Position numbers and translations under genes: made by a program
Notes under the pieces: generated by a model
What the model was told of the DNA's origin: nothing
Database searches by the model: none
What the model saw: the letters and a program-made list of their open reading frames with translations, nothing else
Shown: in pieces, positions 48,033 to 58,526 of the stretch
Position numbering within the stretch: position 1 is the stretch's first letter
How the letters are laid out: the number at the start of each line of letters is the position of its first letter
Assembly (NCBI GenBank): GCA_025454875.1
Contig: JALONP010000025.1
Coordinates: 5,264-69,263, forward strand
DNA from: Bacteroidia bacterium
GTDB taxonomy: Bacteria > Bacteroidota > Bacteroidia > UKL13-3
Direction: 5' to 3'
DNA: 64,000 nt

Positions 48033-48776
48033 TTATGATACGGATTTGTGTGCTACAGCAATCATATTGGGTGTGAACACCATCCCTTTGGTTGTGCGGG
48101 CAGTTGCAAAAAGTTTCCATTTTTGAGCCAACTCCAACAACCACCAACTTGTTTGCTGAAACAGTCTTTTAATAGGGTGAAGAGATTGGGTGAATGCTTT
48201 TTGGATATGGATATTTTGAAAACCACATGTAACTAAAAGTTGATGCGCTGAGGAAGCATTCAAAATCAATTCATGTGTAAAATCCCCAAATAAGTATACC
48301 GAACTCATTGGTGAATCGGCATTTGGGGTGCGAAGAATTAATTTACCGCCAGGTTTTAACGCATTGAGCACATGATGCAAAAGAGAAACTGCCTCATCTT
48401 TGGTAAAATGCTCAAGCACGTCTAATGCAGTTATAGTGTCAAAATGGTTGGGGTATTTTTGTAAATAGGTAAATGCATCTTCTTGTACTACTTCGGTAAT
48501 GCCTAGTTGGTGGGCAATATCAACTTGTTCGGCACTTGTATCAATGCCAATTGTATTTGTATATCCCGCTTGTTTTGCTGCACTTAGAAATGAACCAAAC
48601 CCACAGCCAATATCTAAAATTGTAGCTTGTTTGTTGTTGCTTAATAGCGGCACAATTTCCAAGGCAAAAACGGTTACTTCAATTGTTAGTTTGGATTGAC
48701 TGGTGATACCTTGAAAGCGGCCAACTTGTTTGGTGTAATATTCTTTGTAAAAAAGTGAACGGTATGCCTGACTCAT
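48033..48776 (-). CDS. Class I SAM-dependent methyltransferase
   Basis: ILDIGCGFGSF (motif I) and LKPGGKLILRTPN. Confidence 0.8.
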   Translation of the reverse strand: MSQAYRSLFYKEYYTKQVGRFQGITSQSKLTIEVTVFALEIVPLLSNNKQATILDIGCGFGSFLSAAKQAGYTNTIGIDTSAEQVDIAHQLGITEVVQEDAFTYLQKYPNHFDTITALDVLEHFTKDEAVSLLHHVLNALKPGGKLILRTPNADSPMSSVYLFGDFTHELILNASSAHQLLVTCGFQNIHIQKAFTQSLHPIKRLFQQTSWWLLELAQKWKLFATARTTKGMVFTPNMIAVAHKSVS

Positions 48777-48789
48777 TTGGTAAAGTTGC

Positions 48790-50215
48790 TCAGCGAAATT
48801 TGATGCCCAAAATGGGTAAATTTTTTTGAATTTGCGCTATTGATACCAATTTTAACATCAATACGGATGCAAATGTTCCAAAACCAAATACAAACAATGC
48901 TTGCAGTAAGCTGATGTCAAATACCCATAAAACAAGTGCTAATCCAAACAAAATGAATAAAAGTGTGAGCAAGCGCAACCAATACATTTTGGGAATTGCA
49001 TTGGTTAACAAACGATTTCCATTGAAGATGTAAACAGTGGCTACCACACAGCCGGTTACAACATTGATAATGGCACAGGCCAATGCGCCATTTGCCGGAA
49101 TAAAATACCAATTGGCAATACCATTGCCTAAAGCGGCAATTGTTGCAGTTTGAATTAACAAACGTAAATAACCTTTGGCGGTAAGCAACGTGCCAAATAT
49201 GCTGATGGTTGCCATTGGCAATATTGACCATAAAATCCACCTAAAAACTTCAATACTGTAAGGCGATTGATATGTGTAAAGCAATTCCATAACCTGGGGC
49301 GCGTATACAACCGCAAATACAACACCTGCTACACACGGTATCCAAAGCACAACCGCTGCCAGTTTAATTAACTCGGTAAGCGCAGCCGATTTGCGGCTAA
49401 TAGACGCAAACATGGGTAATAGCAATGTGCTCACCATTACGGCAAACATATTGGCAGCCTCCACTAAACGAGTGCCTTGGGCATAAATACCGTTTTCGTA
49501 ATTGGCATTGGCAATTCGCCTTTGTGTACAGCACCATGAGTAAAGCCAATAATGCATAAGGAAAGGCGGCTTTGAGCATCGAGCTGATATGTGCAAACGA
49601 AAGCTTCAGGCCAATGCTTTGAACATAGGGCAATGTGGCCAATGTACTCACCAACATTGCAGTTGCATAACCAACGGTTTGAATCCAAACAAAAGTTTGA
49701 ATACTCATTGGTGTGAGTGTATACCATAACAATAGGATGCCTGCAATGCTCATTGTTAGCCTGTCAACTGATGATATCCAAGCCTCTTTGCGGTATTGTT
49801 GCAAGCCCGTTAAAGTGCTCCGCATAAATGTGCTTACGTAAGCCAGTATTTGGTTTGCCGCCATCCAAGCAAGTAAAACCAAAGCATCGGAGCCAAAACC
49901 ATACAACCACCCAATAGCGAGAGTCGCGGTAAAATAAACCAGAGCAAAGCCACCTTTAATCAATAACAACGAGCCAAACTGGGTTTGCAGCCTTTTAGGG
50001 TTTTTGGCCAATGATGTGGCATTGTAATTATTGATACCTAAATCGAGGAGTGTGCTTAGCAGTAATGAAAGGGTGAATAACGTAACATACTTGCCATACT
50101 GATCGGGGCCCAATTGATTTTGTACAGTGCGGTCTATTCCAAATATCCAGAATGGTTTAACCACCAAATTGGTGAGCAACGTAATGAGTAAATTGGATAA
50201 AAATTTTTTTTGCAT
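48790..50215 (-). pseudogene. Wzx-type polysaccharide flippase, frame-disrupted (two overlapping ORFs)
   Basis: ORF 49397-50215 carries the N-terminal half and leaves a sensible sequence after ...ALLALLMVLYT. ORF 48790-49596 carries the C-terminal half from ...GIYAQGTRLVEAANMF. The frames switch near 49500-49560. Confidence 0.6.
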
Positions 50216-50252
50216 GGCAAATCGGGCGAAAAGTTAAACAATCTCAACAACT

Positions 50253-51308
50253 TTGTATCATTGTAAGGTGAATCGGTTTAAGTTGTTTCCGTTTAATTGG
50301 CAAGAAAAGTTGCGGTACGCGATATCCATGTTGCTTAGTAAGTGGATTAACCGCAATGGGCATTTACACCCATTTAACCCAAACCAAATATTGGTTATTC
50401 GGGAAGATGAGATTGGAGATATGTGTTACAGTATGCATGTTTTTGAGATGCTTACCAGCCAATATCCGCATGCGCAGGTAACGGTATTATGCAAACCATT
50501 TGTGCAATCGTTATTAATGGGCAATCCGCATATTCATACACTTACCTCTTCATATACTGAGCTTAAACCGTCTTATGATGTTATTGTTGATTTACGCGGA
50601 AGTTGGAGGAGTTTGCTTTTTGCTTTCAAGCACAAACCCTCAGTGCGACTTGATCGGGCAACGGTTCGGTTTCGAAATAAACAAATGGGTCAGCATCCGC
50701 ATGAAGTTGTTACGAACACACAAATTGTAACACCTATTTTACAAGAATCATTGATAGGAATTGAACCCAAATTGTTTCCGTTGGAACAGCATTTAAAAAA
50801 AGCAAAGGCGTTTGTTGAGGCTAATCAATTAGGGTCGTTTGCCATTTTTCATACTGGAGCCCGCAAACAACTTCGCAAGTGGAACGGATTTGCTTCATTA
50901 GCTAGCATTTTAAAAGAACGGTATCAACTTGATATTGTATTTACAGGTGATGCTAGTGAAGTAGTTGAAATTAATAACTGGCAACAGCAAATACCATTTA
51001 AAACATACACTATTGCTGGCAATTTTGACTTACTTGAACTAGCTGCACTTTGCAAATTGGCCACCATCTATATCGGCAACGAAAGTGGTCCATTGCATAT
51101 TGCTGCAATAAGCGGATTACCAACCGTAGGGTTATTTGGCCCAGGAGAACCTATCGTGTTTTATCCTTGGGGTAAAAATAGCAGAGTTGTGCATCACGTG
51201 CTCACCTGCAATCCATGTAATCAAGTTAACTGTGTTCAAACTATTCCATGCATTCAACTGATTTCGGTTGCTGAAGTAGTGCATGAAGTTCAACAACTCT
51301 TAGCATAA
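50253..51308 (+). CDS. Glycosyltransferase family 9 (heptosyltransferase-like)
   Basis: ILVIREDEIGDM..., and GNESGPLHIAAISGLPTVGLFGP is the GT9 C-terminal signature. The start codon is uncertain. Confidence 0.8.
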   Translation: MYHCKVNRFKLFPFNWQEKLRYAISMLLSKWINRNGHLHPFNPNQILVIREDEIGDMCYSMHVFEMLTSQYPHAQVTVLCKPFVQSLLMGNPHIHTLTSSYTELKPSYDVIVDLRGSWRSLLFAFKHKPSVRLDRATVRFRNKQMGQHPHEVVTNTQIVTPILQESLIGIEPKLFPLEQHLKKAKAFVEANQLGSFAIFHTGARKQLRKWNGFASLASILKERYQLDIVFTGDASEVVEINNWQQQIPFKTYTIAGNFDLLELAALCKLATIYIGNESGPLHIAAISGLPTVGLFGPGEPIVFYPWGKNSRVVHHVLTCNPCNQVNCVQTIPCIQLISVAEVVHEVQQLLA

Positions 51309-51312
51309 GCAA

Positions 51313-51915
51313 ATGGGATTAAAACGTTATTTTTCTAAAGGACTCATTGAGGCAGGATGCGATGAAGCGGGTAGGGGATGTTTGGCAGGGCCTGTTTTTG
51401 CGGCAGCTGTTATTTTGGATCCAAACAATCCAATTGTTGGGTTAGATGATTCGAAAAAATTAAGTGACAAACAACGTGAAAAGTTACGTTCCGAAATTGA
51501 ACAAAAGGCGCTTAGCTATGGGGTAGCAATGCTCACAAACCGAGAGATAGACCAACACAATATTTTACGCGCGTCTTTTTTAGCGATGCATAAAGCAATA
51601 TCGCAGTTGAGCGGTGAACCCGAGTTATTGCTTATAGATGGCAATCGATTTATTCCCTATAAAAAAATCAAACATGAGTGTATTGTCAAAGGAGATGCTA
51701 AATACCAGAGCATAGCAGCTGCTAGTATTTTAGCTAAAACCCACCGTGATGCATTTATGCAAAACATCCATGAAAAACACCCAGAGTACCTTTGGAACCA
51801 AAACATGGGTTACCCAACCGCAGCCCATCGCGAAGCAATCCGTAACTATGGGATTACACCTTATCACCGGTTATCGTTTACATTAATTCCTGACCAACTA
51901 ACCTTACCATTATGA
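51313..51915 (+). CDS. rnhB: Ribonuclease HII
   Basis: GCDEAGRGCLAGPV, DDSKKL, IDGN and SIAAASILAK motifs. Confidence 0.95.
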   Translation: MGLKRYFSKGLIEAGCDEAGRGCLAGPVFAAAVILDPNNPIVGLDDSKKLSDKQREKLRSEIEQKALSYGVAMLTNREIDQHNILRASFLAMHKAISQLSGEPELLLIDGNRFIPYKKIKHECIVKGDAKYQSIAAASILAKTHRDAFMQNIHEKHPEYLWNQNMGYPTAAHREAIRNYGITPYHRLSFTLIPDQLTLPL

Positions 51916-52535
51916 TCTTTACTTTTCACAATACGATTGAGTTATTAGGCATTATTGCTTTTGGGTTATCAGGTGCGTTATCTGCCATGCAAAAGCGACT
52001 TGATGTTTTTGGTGTGCTGGTAATCACTTTTGTTACGGCAATTGGAGGTGGTACCTTACGCGATTTGCTAATTGGCAGCTTACCTGTAGCGTGGATACTT
52101 GATTTGCGTGCTATTATTATTTTATTGGGAACATACCTGGTTGCCTTGGTTTTTAGTAGTTATATTAGGCTTTACTCAAGGGTATTGTTTTGGCTTGATA
52201 CTGCTGGTCTTGCCTTGTTTTGTGTGGTAGCCATTGATAAGGGTATTGCCTTTCAATTACACCCTATGGTATGTGTTGCGTTAGGTACCATCACAGGATG
52301 TTTTGGTGGGATTATCCGTGATGTTATTTTAAATGAGATACCATATGTGTTCAGAAAAGATGTGTATGCATCTGCATGTATTGCTGGAGGAATCGTTTAC
52401 TTTATCTTGCTTGCTTATATCAATGATACCAATTTGGTAAGTATCTTATCGGGTTGTGTGATTGCCGTTATCCGAATAGGAGCTAAATATTTGGGTTGGC
52501 AAATGCCTGATGTATATAGCCGAAAGGGTTTATGA
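51912..52535 (+). CDS. Trimeric intracellular cation channel (TRIC/UPF0126, YadS-like) family protein
   Basis: 207 aa with 7 TM segments and two GGGTLRD / GGIIRD repeats. It overlaps the rnhB stop by 4 nt. Confidence 0.8.
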   Translation: MIFTFHNTIELLGIIAFGLSGALSAMQKRLDVFGVLVITFVTAIGGGTLRDLLIGSLPVAWILDLRAIIILLGTYLVALVFSSYIRLYSRVLFWLDTAGLALFCVVAIDKGIAFQLHPMVCVALGTITGCFGGIIRDVILNEIPYVFRKDVYASACIAGGIVYFILLAYINDTNLVSILSGCVIAVIRIGAKYLGWQMPDVYSRKGL

Positions 52536-53474
52536 AAGCAACACTTCGGTCGCTCCCCCTCCATACACCAAGGGGTCGGCATCGGCAAAACGTTTAACCC
52601 AATCTTTGTTTTTGCTTAACCAGTTTTTAATTTTATTTTTCAAATAGTGATTGCCTACCCCATGTATGAAAGTGATTTTTTGCATTCTGTGAACATGCGC
52701 CATTTCAACACTGTTCGCAAATACCTTCATTTGCAAATCAACCATCTCTGAAGGCGACATGACTCCTGCATTGGATGTGAGCTTGTCTATGTGCAAATCT
52801 ACAACCTGCTTGGGTTTTTGATTAGGTATCCAAGAAGGAGTAATTGGGCTTACCTGCTGTGGTTGTTTTTGAAAAAGTTTGGCTATGTCTTCTGGTTTTA
52901 GCCCTTCATCTAACCTGAACGTATACGCTTGTTTTCCTAAAAAATAGCATTGTTTAAACGATGCATGAAACTCTTTGGCCGAAAACTGAATGGTTTTGAG
53001 CAAGGGTTGTTTAAACTCCGAATGGCTTTGGTGGATGTAGGTAATTTGGAAAGTCATTTTGGGCCATTTACCAAAATCCTCAAGTGAAAATTGCCCTAAG
53101 GAAACATGTGTTTCTTGCTCGATAAATCCAGTTTGAACAAGCGAGTACGTATGCTGTTGCCAATGGTAATAAGCAAACCCAACTAGGTCCGTTTCTGAGT
53201 TGTGCAACAACAATTCAAGTTTGGTTTCAGATAAGCGTTCAAATGCAATATGAATGCCTGAATATACCTGCACAAAATTCGTTTTTTTGGTAACAGCTAT
53301 TGTTTTGGCTACTGGCGGTGCTAGCTCAATATCAATTTTGACTAACTCATTTGCAGCAACAGGTATTTCAAAGTCCGACTCAATGGTAACACCAATAACA
53401 TTACCATTAATGCTTGTAACAATTCCTTCTAATGATTCATTTACAAACCGTACTTTTTCTCCTCGTTTAAACAT
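52530..53474 (-). CDS. DUF2027 plus Smr domain protein
   Basis: The C-terminus VVDLHIDKL...ITFIHGVGNHYLKNKIKNWL is Smr-like. The N-terminal half resembles the Bacteroidota DUF2027 partner domain. Confidence 0.65.
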   Translation of the reverse strand: MFKRGEKVRFVNESLEGIVTSINGNVIGVTIESDFEIPVAANELVKIDIELAPPVAKTIAVTKKTNFVQVYSGIHIAFERLSETKLELLLHNSETDLVGFAYYHWQQHTYSLVQTGFIEQETHVSLGQFSLEDFGKWPKMTFQITYIHQSHSEFKQPLLKTIQFSAKEFHASFKQCYFLGKQAYTFRLDEGLKPEDIAKLFQKQPQQVSPITPSWIPNQKPKQVVDLHIDKLTSNAGVMSPSEMVDLQMKVFANSVEMAHVHRMQKITFIHGVGNHYLKNKIKNWLSKNKDWVKRFADADPLVYGGGATEVLLS

Positions 53475-53476
53475 GG

Positions 53477-54235
53477 TTATTGATTTGCTAGTGATACAAT
53501 TTCTTTCAGTTTTTGAGCCAACAAGATTAGGTATTTACTATTGATGTCTTCTAATTTATTTTCACCACCTGCCTCAATTGAAAGTGTTTCGGCCCTGATC
53601 AGCATTCCTGAGTGATCAAATAAATTGTAGTGAATGGTATAGGTGCGTTTATACTCTTGCTTAAGCCATTCAATGGTATTTTTGTTGCTTGTGTTTACTT
53701 CAAACTGTGTGATGAACAAGATATAATCTTCTTGGTACTTTTTATGTAAATAAGGGAACAACTCTTTGTCGCCAATAGCACCCAACATTACAGCAGAGTC
53801 ACTTGTCCAGAAAGTTTGGTTTTTAGAATTCCGCTTCCATTTTTCAGTTAAGTTTTTAAACGATACACTTAATGAATTTCCTTTGTTGGTAAGGTATTCG
53901 TCTTGTGCTTTTTTACTATACACTTGGTACCTGGTGGCAGCGTATATTCTATTCAAATCAGCTTCGCCATTTAAAGTATTGCTGCGCATGAGGCTTATCG
54001 CATCAAAAGAGCCGAGCAGTTGGTGGTACACATTTGCTTCTAGGTTGGTGCGGAGTTGGTTGCGTACTTGCGGCACTTCGCGTTTGCTAAACTTTGCCAT
54101 GTCTTCATCAGCATCGCTAAAATGCATCATGGGTTGGTAAGGAACAATGAGCACACGAACTGCTTTTTTCGTGGTGTCTTGTTGAGCAAGGCATATGGTT
54201 GAAAGTGATAGTGCCAACAAAGTTGCAATGAGTTT
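53477..54235 (-). CDS. Hypothetical secreted protein
   Basis: Signal peptide MKLIATLLALSLSTICLAQQ. No recognised motif. Its stop is 2 nt before the start of the downstream Smr-domain gene. Confidence 0.5.
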   Translation of the reverse strand, partial: KLIATLLALSLSTICLAQQDTTKKAVRVLIVPYQPMMHFSDADEDMAKFSKREVPQVRNQLRTNLEANVYHQLLGSFDAISLMRSNTLNGEADLNRIYAATRYQVYSKKAQDEYLTNKGNSLSVSFKNLTEKWKRNSKNQTFWTSDSAVMLGAIGDKELFPYLHKKYQEDYILFITQFEVNTSNKNTIEWLKQEYKRTYTIHYNLFDHSGMLIRAETLSIEAGGENKLEDINSKYLILLAQKLKEIVSLANQ

Positions 54236-54324
54236 CATTTGGTGCGTAATTGGTTGGCGAAATTTACGCAAGTATAGCCTATACGTAATCCACAAGGATT
54301 TTAGCTTGTGGATAAGGGCTGTTT

Positions 54325-55647
54325 TTACTTAAACAACCCAATGATATCATTCCCGAAAATGAGCACCATTAAACTGAGCAGGATAACCATTCCAACCGTT
54401 TGAATGCGTTCCATGGCTTTTACGCTTAATGGTTTTCCGGTTATCATTTCGAGTAAGAGCAATACAACATGGCCGCCATCAAGGGCCGGAATAGGTAAGA
54501 TATTCATAAAGGCTAATCCTAATGAAATGAGTGCTGTGAATAGCCAAAACCGGCTCCAAATCCATTCGCCACCATAGAATTTAGCAATTCCGATTGGGCC
54601 TTGAACGGCTTTATTTGCAGGTACATCACCACTAAATATTTTGCCCCAACCTTTCACCTGAAGCGAAATCGTTTCAACAGCTCTGCGCATGCCGATTGGG
54701 AACGATTGGAAAAAGCCATACTGAATGGAGTCGTAGGTAAATTCCATTGCTGTCGGCATAAATCCAACCTTGCCCTCTCCGTCTACTTCCATTGGAAGTT
54801 GCACCGTGTCGTTATCACGCAATAAAGTGAACGTTGCTGTGGTTCCTTTTTGTGCTCTTAGCAATGATTGAAACTCATCAAAAAATTGAAAAGGTTCTTT
54901 GTTTACTGCAATAATTTGATCTCCTTTTTTAAGGCCTGCTTTTTCAGCATTGTAATTTGGTGTTACATCACCCACGGTAAATGTCATGCGGGGCATGAAA
55001 AAATCTGCTTTGCCTTCTTCCGAAAACCTGCCTACAAAATCAGCAGGTAGTTGGATGGATACTTTTTGGCCACTGCGTAAAACTTCGAAAACGGTTTGGT
55101 TTCCGAGAATATCATTGCTACTTAGTGCGTTTTCAAAATGTACAATGGGTTTACCATTTACCGACACCAACTGATCGCCTTTTTGAAATCCAATTTCTTG
55201 TGCATATGAGGAAGGAACAATACCATACTTTAATGAATCGTTGCGTGTATAACGCTCTCCGTATGCATACGAAATCATTGCAAAAATAACGATTCCCGTT
55301 ACCACGTTCATCACCACGCCACCTACCATTACAATTAACCGTTGCCAAGCAGGCTTGCTTCTAAACTCCCATGGTTCGGCAGGTTTCGCCATTTGCTCGG
55401 TATCCATGCTTTCATCAATCATACCGGCAATTTTTACATAACCTCCAAGTGGCAACCAACCGATTCCATATTCAGTGTCGCCCATTTTAAAGCTGAACAG
55501 TTTTTTACCCCAAGCATCAAAAAACAAGTAAAACTTTTCGACCTTGATACCAAAGGCTCGAGCTGCCCAAAAATGTCCAAGTTCATGAATAATTACCAGT
55601 ATCGAAATGCCCGTTATAAGCTGGGCTGCCATTATAAGTCCTTGCAT
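54325..55647 (-). CDS. rseP: RIP metalloprotease RseP (site-2 protease)
   Basis: Has HELGHF, two PDZ-like segments and a C-terminal NILPIPALDGG. Confidence 0.9.
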   Translation of the reverse strand: MQGLIMAAQLITGISILVIIHELGHFWAARAFGIKVEKFYLFFDAWGKKLFSFKMGDTEYGIGWLPLGGYVKIAGMIDESMDTEQMAKPAEPWEFRSKPAWQRLIVMVGGVVMNVVTGIVIFAMISYAYGERYTRNDSLKYGIVPSSYAQEIGFQKGDQLVSVNGKPIVHFENALSSNDILGNQTVFEVLRSGQKVSIQLPADFVGRFSEEGKADFFMPRMTFTVGDVTPNYNAEKAGLKKGDQIIAVNKEPFQFFDEFQSLLRAQKGTTATFTLLRDNDTVQLPMEVDGEGKVGFMPTAMEFTYDSIQYGFFQSFPIGMRRAVETISLQVKGWGKIFSGDVPANKAVQGPIGIAKFYGGEWIWSRFWLFTALISLGLAFMNILPIPALDGGHVVLLLLEMITGKPLSVKAMERIQTVGMVILLSLMVLIFGNDIIGLFK

Positions 55648-55735
55648 GTTTATGTTGTAATTGTATTTGCTTATAATTAAAAGCGGATGCGAAAATAGCA
55701 CAATCCACTACACCTTATGCACTTCAATTAAAATA

Positions 55736-56908
55736 TTATGGTAAAATTGATTTGCCAACAAATGAAGTTGCTGTTTCGCGGGTAACCTTGTCTGTTTCAA
55801 TATAATCGTTAAGGGTAGGGTTTTGGATAAATGGCACCGTTTGCATGCATTTTTCATTGAGTTCAGCAATTTCTAAAAAGCCGATTTTATCTTGTAGAAA
55901 GGCATCAACTGCAATTTCGTTGGCCGCGTTTAAAATACACGCCATATTGCCACCTTTATTCATTGCCTGGTAGGCCAGGGCCAAGTTTCTAAAGGTGTCA
56001 GTATCGGGTAGTTCAAATGTAAATGTGTTTATTTTACTAAAGTCCATTCGTTTAAAGTCGGTTGCAATTCGTTCTGGAAAAAAGAATGCGTAATGAATGG
56101 GGAGTTTCATATCGGGTAGTCCTAACTGCGCTTTAATGCTACCATCGGTAAATTGAACCATGCTGTGAATAATGCTTTGTGGGTGAACAATGGCTTCTAT
56201 TTGAAAGCCTTTTACACCAAACAGCCACTTGGCTTCAATCACTTCAAGTCCTTTGTTCATAAGCGTTGCCGAGTCGATAGTGATTTTGGCTCCCATGCTC
56301 CAATTGGGGTGTTTGAGTGCTTGCGCCTTTGTTACATTTGCCAACTCTTCACGCTTTTTACCCCTAAATGGGCCTCCACTTGCAGTAAGCAATATTTTTT
56401 CAATTGCGTTCAGGTCTTCGCCAACCAAGCATTGAAAAATGGCTGAATGCTCAGAGTCAACTGGAATTAAGTCGACACGGTTTTGTGCGCACAGTTGCGT
56501 AATGAGCTCGCCAGCAACCACCAATGTTTCTTTGTTGGCTAAGGCAATTCGTTTTTTATTTTCAATGGCTTTAATGGTTGGCAACAAACCACTGTAGCCA
56601 ACCATGGCTGTTAACACAGTATCGGCAGATGTAATCTCCATCACATCTGCTATGGATTTTGAGCCAGCAAAAACCTTAATATCGTTCTTGCTTAGTGCAT
56701 CTTTTACGTAAGTGTATTTGCTTTCGTCAGCAATCACTACATGGTTGGGATTAAACTCTATTGCCTGTTGAATAAGTAAATCCGCATTCGAATTCGCAGT
56801 CAATACTTCAATTTCGATACGATCCTTTTGCTCACGTGCAATTTCGAGTGCCTGTGTACCAATTGATCCGGTGCTGCCTAAAATGGCTATTTTCTTCTTA
56901 GGTTCCAT
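55736..56908 (-). CDS. dxr: 1-deoxy-D-xylulose 5-phosphate reductoisomerase
   Basis: ILGSTGSIGTQAL, LANKETLV, PVDSEHSAIFQC and HPNWSMG motifs. Confidence 0.95.
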   Translation of the reverse strand: MEPKKKIAILGSTGSIGTQALEIAREQKDRIEIEVLTANSNADLLIQQAIEFNPNHVVIADESKYTYVKDALSKNDIKVFAGSKSIADVMEITSADTVLTAMVGYSGLLPTIKAIENKKRIALANKETLVVAGELITQLCAQNRVDLIPVDSEHSAIFQCLVGEDLNAIEKILLTASGGPFRGKKREELANVTKAQALKHPNWSMGAKITIDSATLMNKGLEVIEAKWLFGVKGFQIEAIVHPQSIIHSMVQFTDGSIKAQLGLPDMKLPIHYAFFFPERIATDFKRMDFSKINTFTFELPDTDTFRNLALAYQAMNKGGNMACILNAANEIAVDAFLQDKIGFLEIAELNEKCMQTVPFIQNPTLNDYIETDKVTRETATSFVGKSILP

Positions 56909-56983
56909 CTGAATATGCGGGCAAAGTAGGTTTTTATATTGAGTACAAAAAGGGAATTTATGTTCACGGAGTTTTCTATCAAT

Positions 56984-58483
56984 TTAGGCAATTAAACTCC
57001 TGATTTTTTCGGCAATCGTTCGGTCGTTGCTTAACCTAGGAACCTTGTTTTGGCCGCCCAGTTTGCCTTCGCTTTTCATGTAGTTGATAAATGTGTTTTG
57101 CGGTACAGCATGCATCACCAACGAACGCAAGATACCTCCCGTAATTAAATCTCTATAATAAATATTTTGTTGTTGCATGGCTTTATCCACTTCTAGTATA
57201 AATTCATTCATATCTGTTGGTAAAGTGCCAAAGGCCACAAACCACTCATGGTATGGAAGGCCTCCTTCGGGTGGATTTACTTGAGGTGCAACAGTAAACT
57301 CAATAATGTCTATTTTGTATTTAGAAGCTACACTTAGCAACGCCTTTTCCACTTCTTCTCCAATTACATGTTCACCAAATGCCGAAATAAAATGTTTAAC
57401 CCGGCCTGTTACCAAAATCCGGTATGGATTAAGAGAAACAAACTTAATCGTATCACCTATATTGTATCCAAACAACCCAGAGTTCGTATTTAAAATCAGC
57501 ACGTAATTTTGGTTTAATTGAACATCAGCTAATGAAATACGGGTAGGATTTTCCTTGCCGAATTCGGCTATTGGAATAAACTCATAAAACATTCCATTAT
57601 TGGTGAGAAGCAATAAGCCGTATGCCTCTTGTGTATCTTGATAGGCTATGAAACCTTCGCTGGCAGGGTAGGTTTCAATGGTGTCTATCGTTGAACCAAT
57701 ACTTGCTTCAATTTTACTGCGATAAGGTTCGTAATTCACACCACCATATACAAACAAGCGGAGGTTAGGGAAAATGTTTTTAACGGATTGACCGTTTCGT
57801 TCAGCACTCAATTTATCAAAATACATTTGTACCCAAGGTGGAATGCCGCTAATCAATGTCATGTTCTGATCGATGGTTTCTGATACAATTGCATCTACTT
57901 TTTGTTCCCAATCATCAATGCAATTGGTTTCATATGATGGCACTTGGTTGCTGCGTAAATATCCTGGAACATGGTGGTTCACGATGCCACTTAACCTTCC
58001 GGTAAGCACGCCACCTTTTGTTTCAAGTGTGGGACTTCCTGATAAAAAAATGAGTTTACCATCAACAAAATCAGCGTTACCAGTTTCGGCAATATAACAC
58101 AACAATGCATTGCGAGCAGAGTTGATATGGTAATGAATGGCATCTTTTGAAATGGGAATATATTTTACACCTGAAGTGGTTCCACTTGTTTTGGCAAAAT
58201 ACAATGGTTTACCAGGCCAAGTAATATTGGCTTCACCTTGTACAATTCGGTCTATATAAGGTTTTAGGCCTTCGTAATCGTGAACAGGAACGTTGGTTTT
58301 GTACCCATCATAGTTGGTTATTTTATCAAAATGATGGTCTATTCCGAATGATGTATGCTTAGCCTTTGCAATCAATGATTTTAAAATTTGTTCTTGATCG
58401 GCCAAAGCATTCGCTGCATCGCGCTTTACTTTTAATCGAATATACTTGGCAAAAGGTTTGGCTAAAAGCGATTTAATTCCCAT
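56984..58483 (-). CDS. GH3 (auxin-responsive promoter) family adenylating-enzyme-like protein
   Basis: About 500 aa with FAKTSGTTSGVKYIP (P-loop-like ANL motif). The overall pattern matches the Bacteroidota GH3 family. The start at MGIKSLL is preferred. Confidence 0.75.
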   Translation of the reverse strand: MGIKSLLAKPFAKYIRLKVKRDAANALADQEQILKSLIAKAKHTSFGIDHHFDKITNYDGYKTNVPVHDYEGLKPYIDRIVQGEANITWPGKPLYFAKTSGTTSGVKYIPISKDAIHYHINSARNALLCYIAETGNADFVDGKLIFLSGSPTLETKGGVLTGRLSGIVNHHVPGYLRSNQVPSYETNCIDDWEQKVDAIVSETIDQNMTLISGIPPWVQMYFDKLSAERNGQSVKNIFPNLRLFVYGGVNYEPYRSKIEASIGSTIDTIETYPASEGFIAYQDTQEAYGLLLLTNNGMFYEFIPIAEFGKENPTRISLADVQLNQNYVLILNTNSGLFGYNIGDTIKFVSLNPYRILVTGRVKHFISAFGEHVIGEEVEKALLSVASKYKIDIIEFTVAPQVNPPEGGLPYHEWFVAFGTLPTDMNEFILEVDKAMQQQNIYYRDLITGGILRSLVMHAVPQNTFINYMKSEGKLGGQNKVPRLSNDRTIAEKIRSLIA

Positions 58484-58526
58484 GGATGGCAAAGGTATAA
58501 AAGCAATGGAATTGGTGTTCAAAAAT

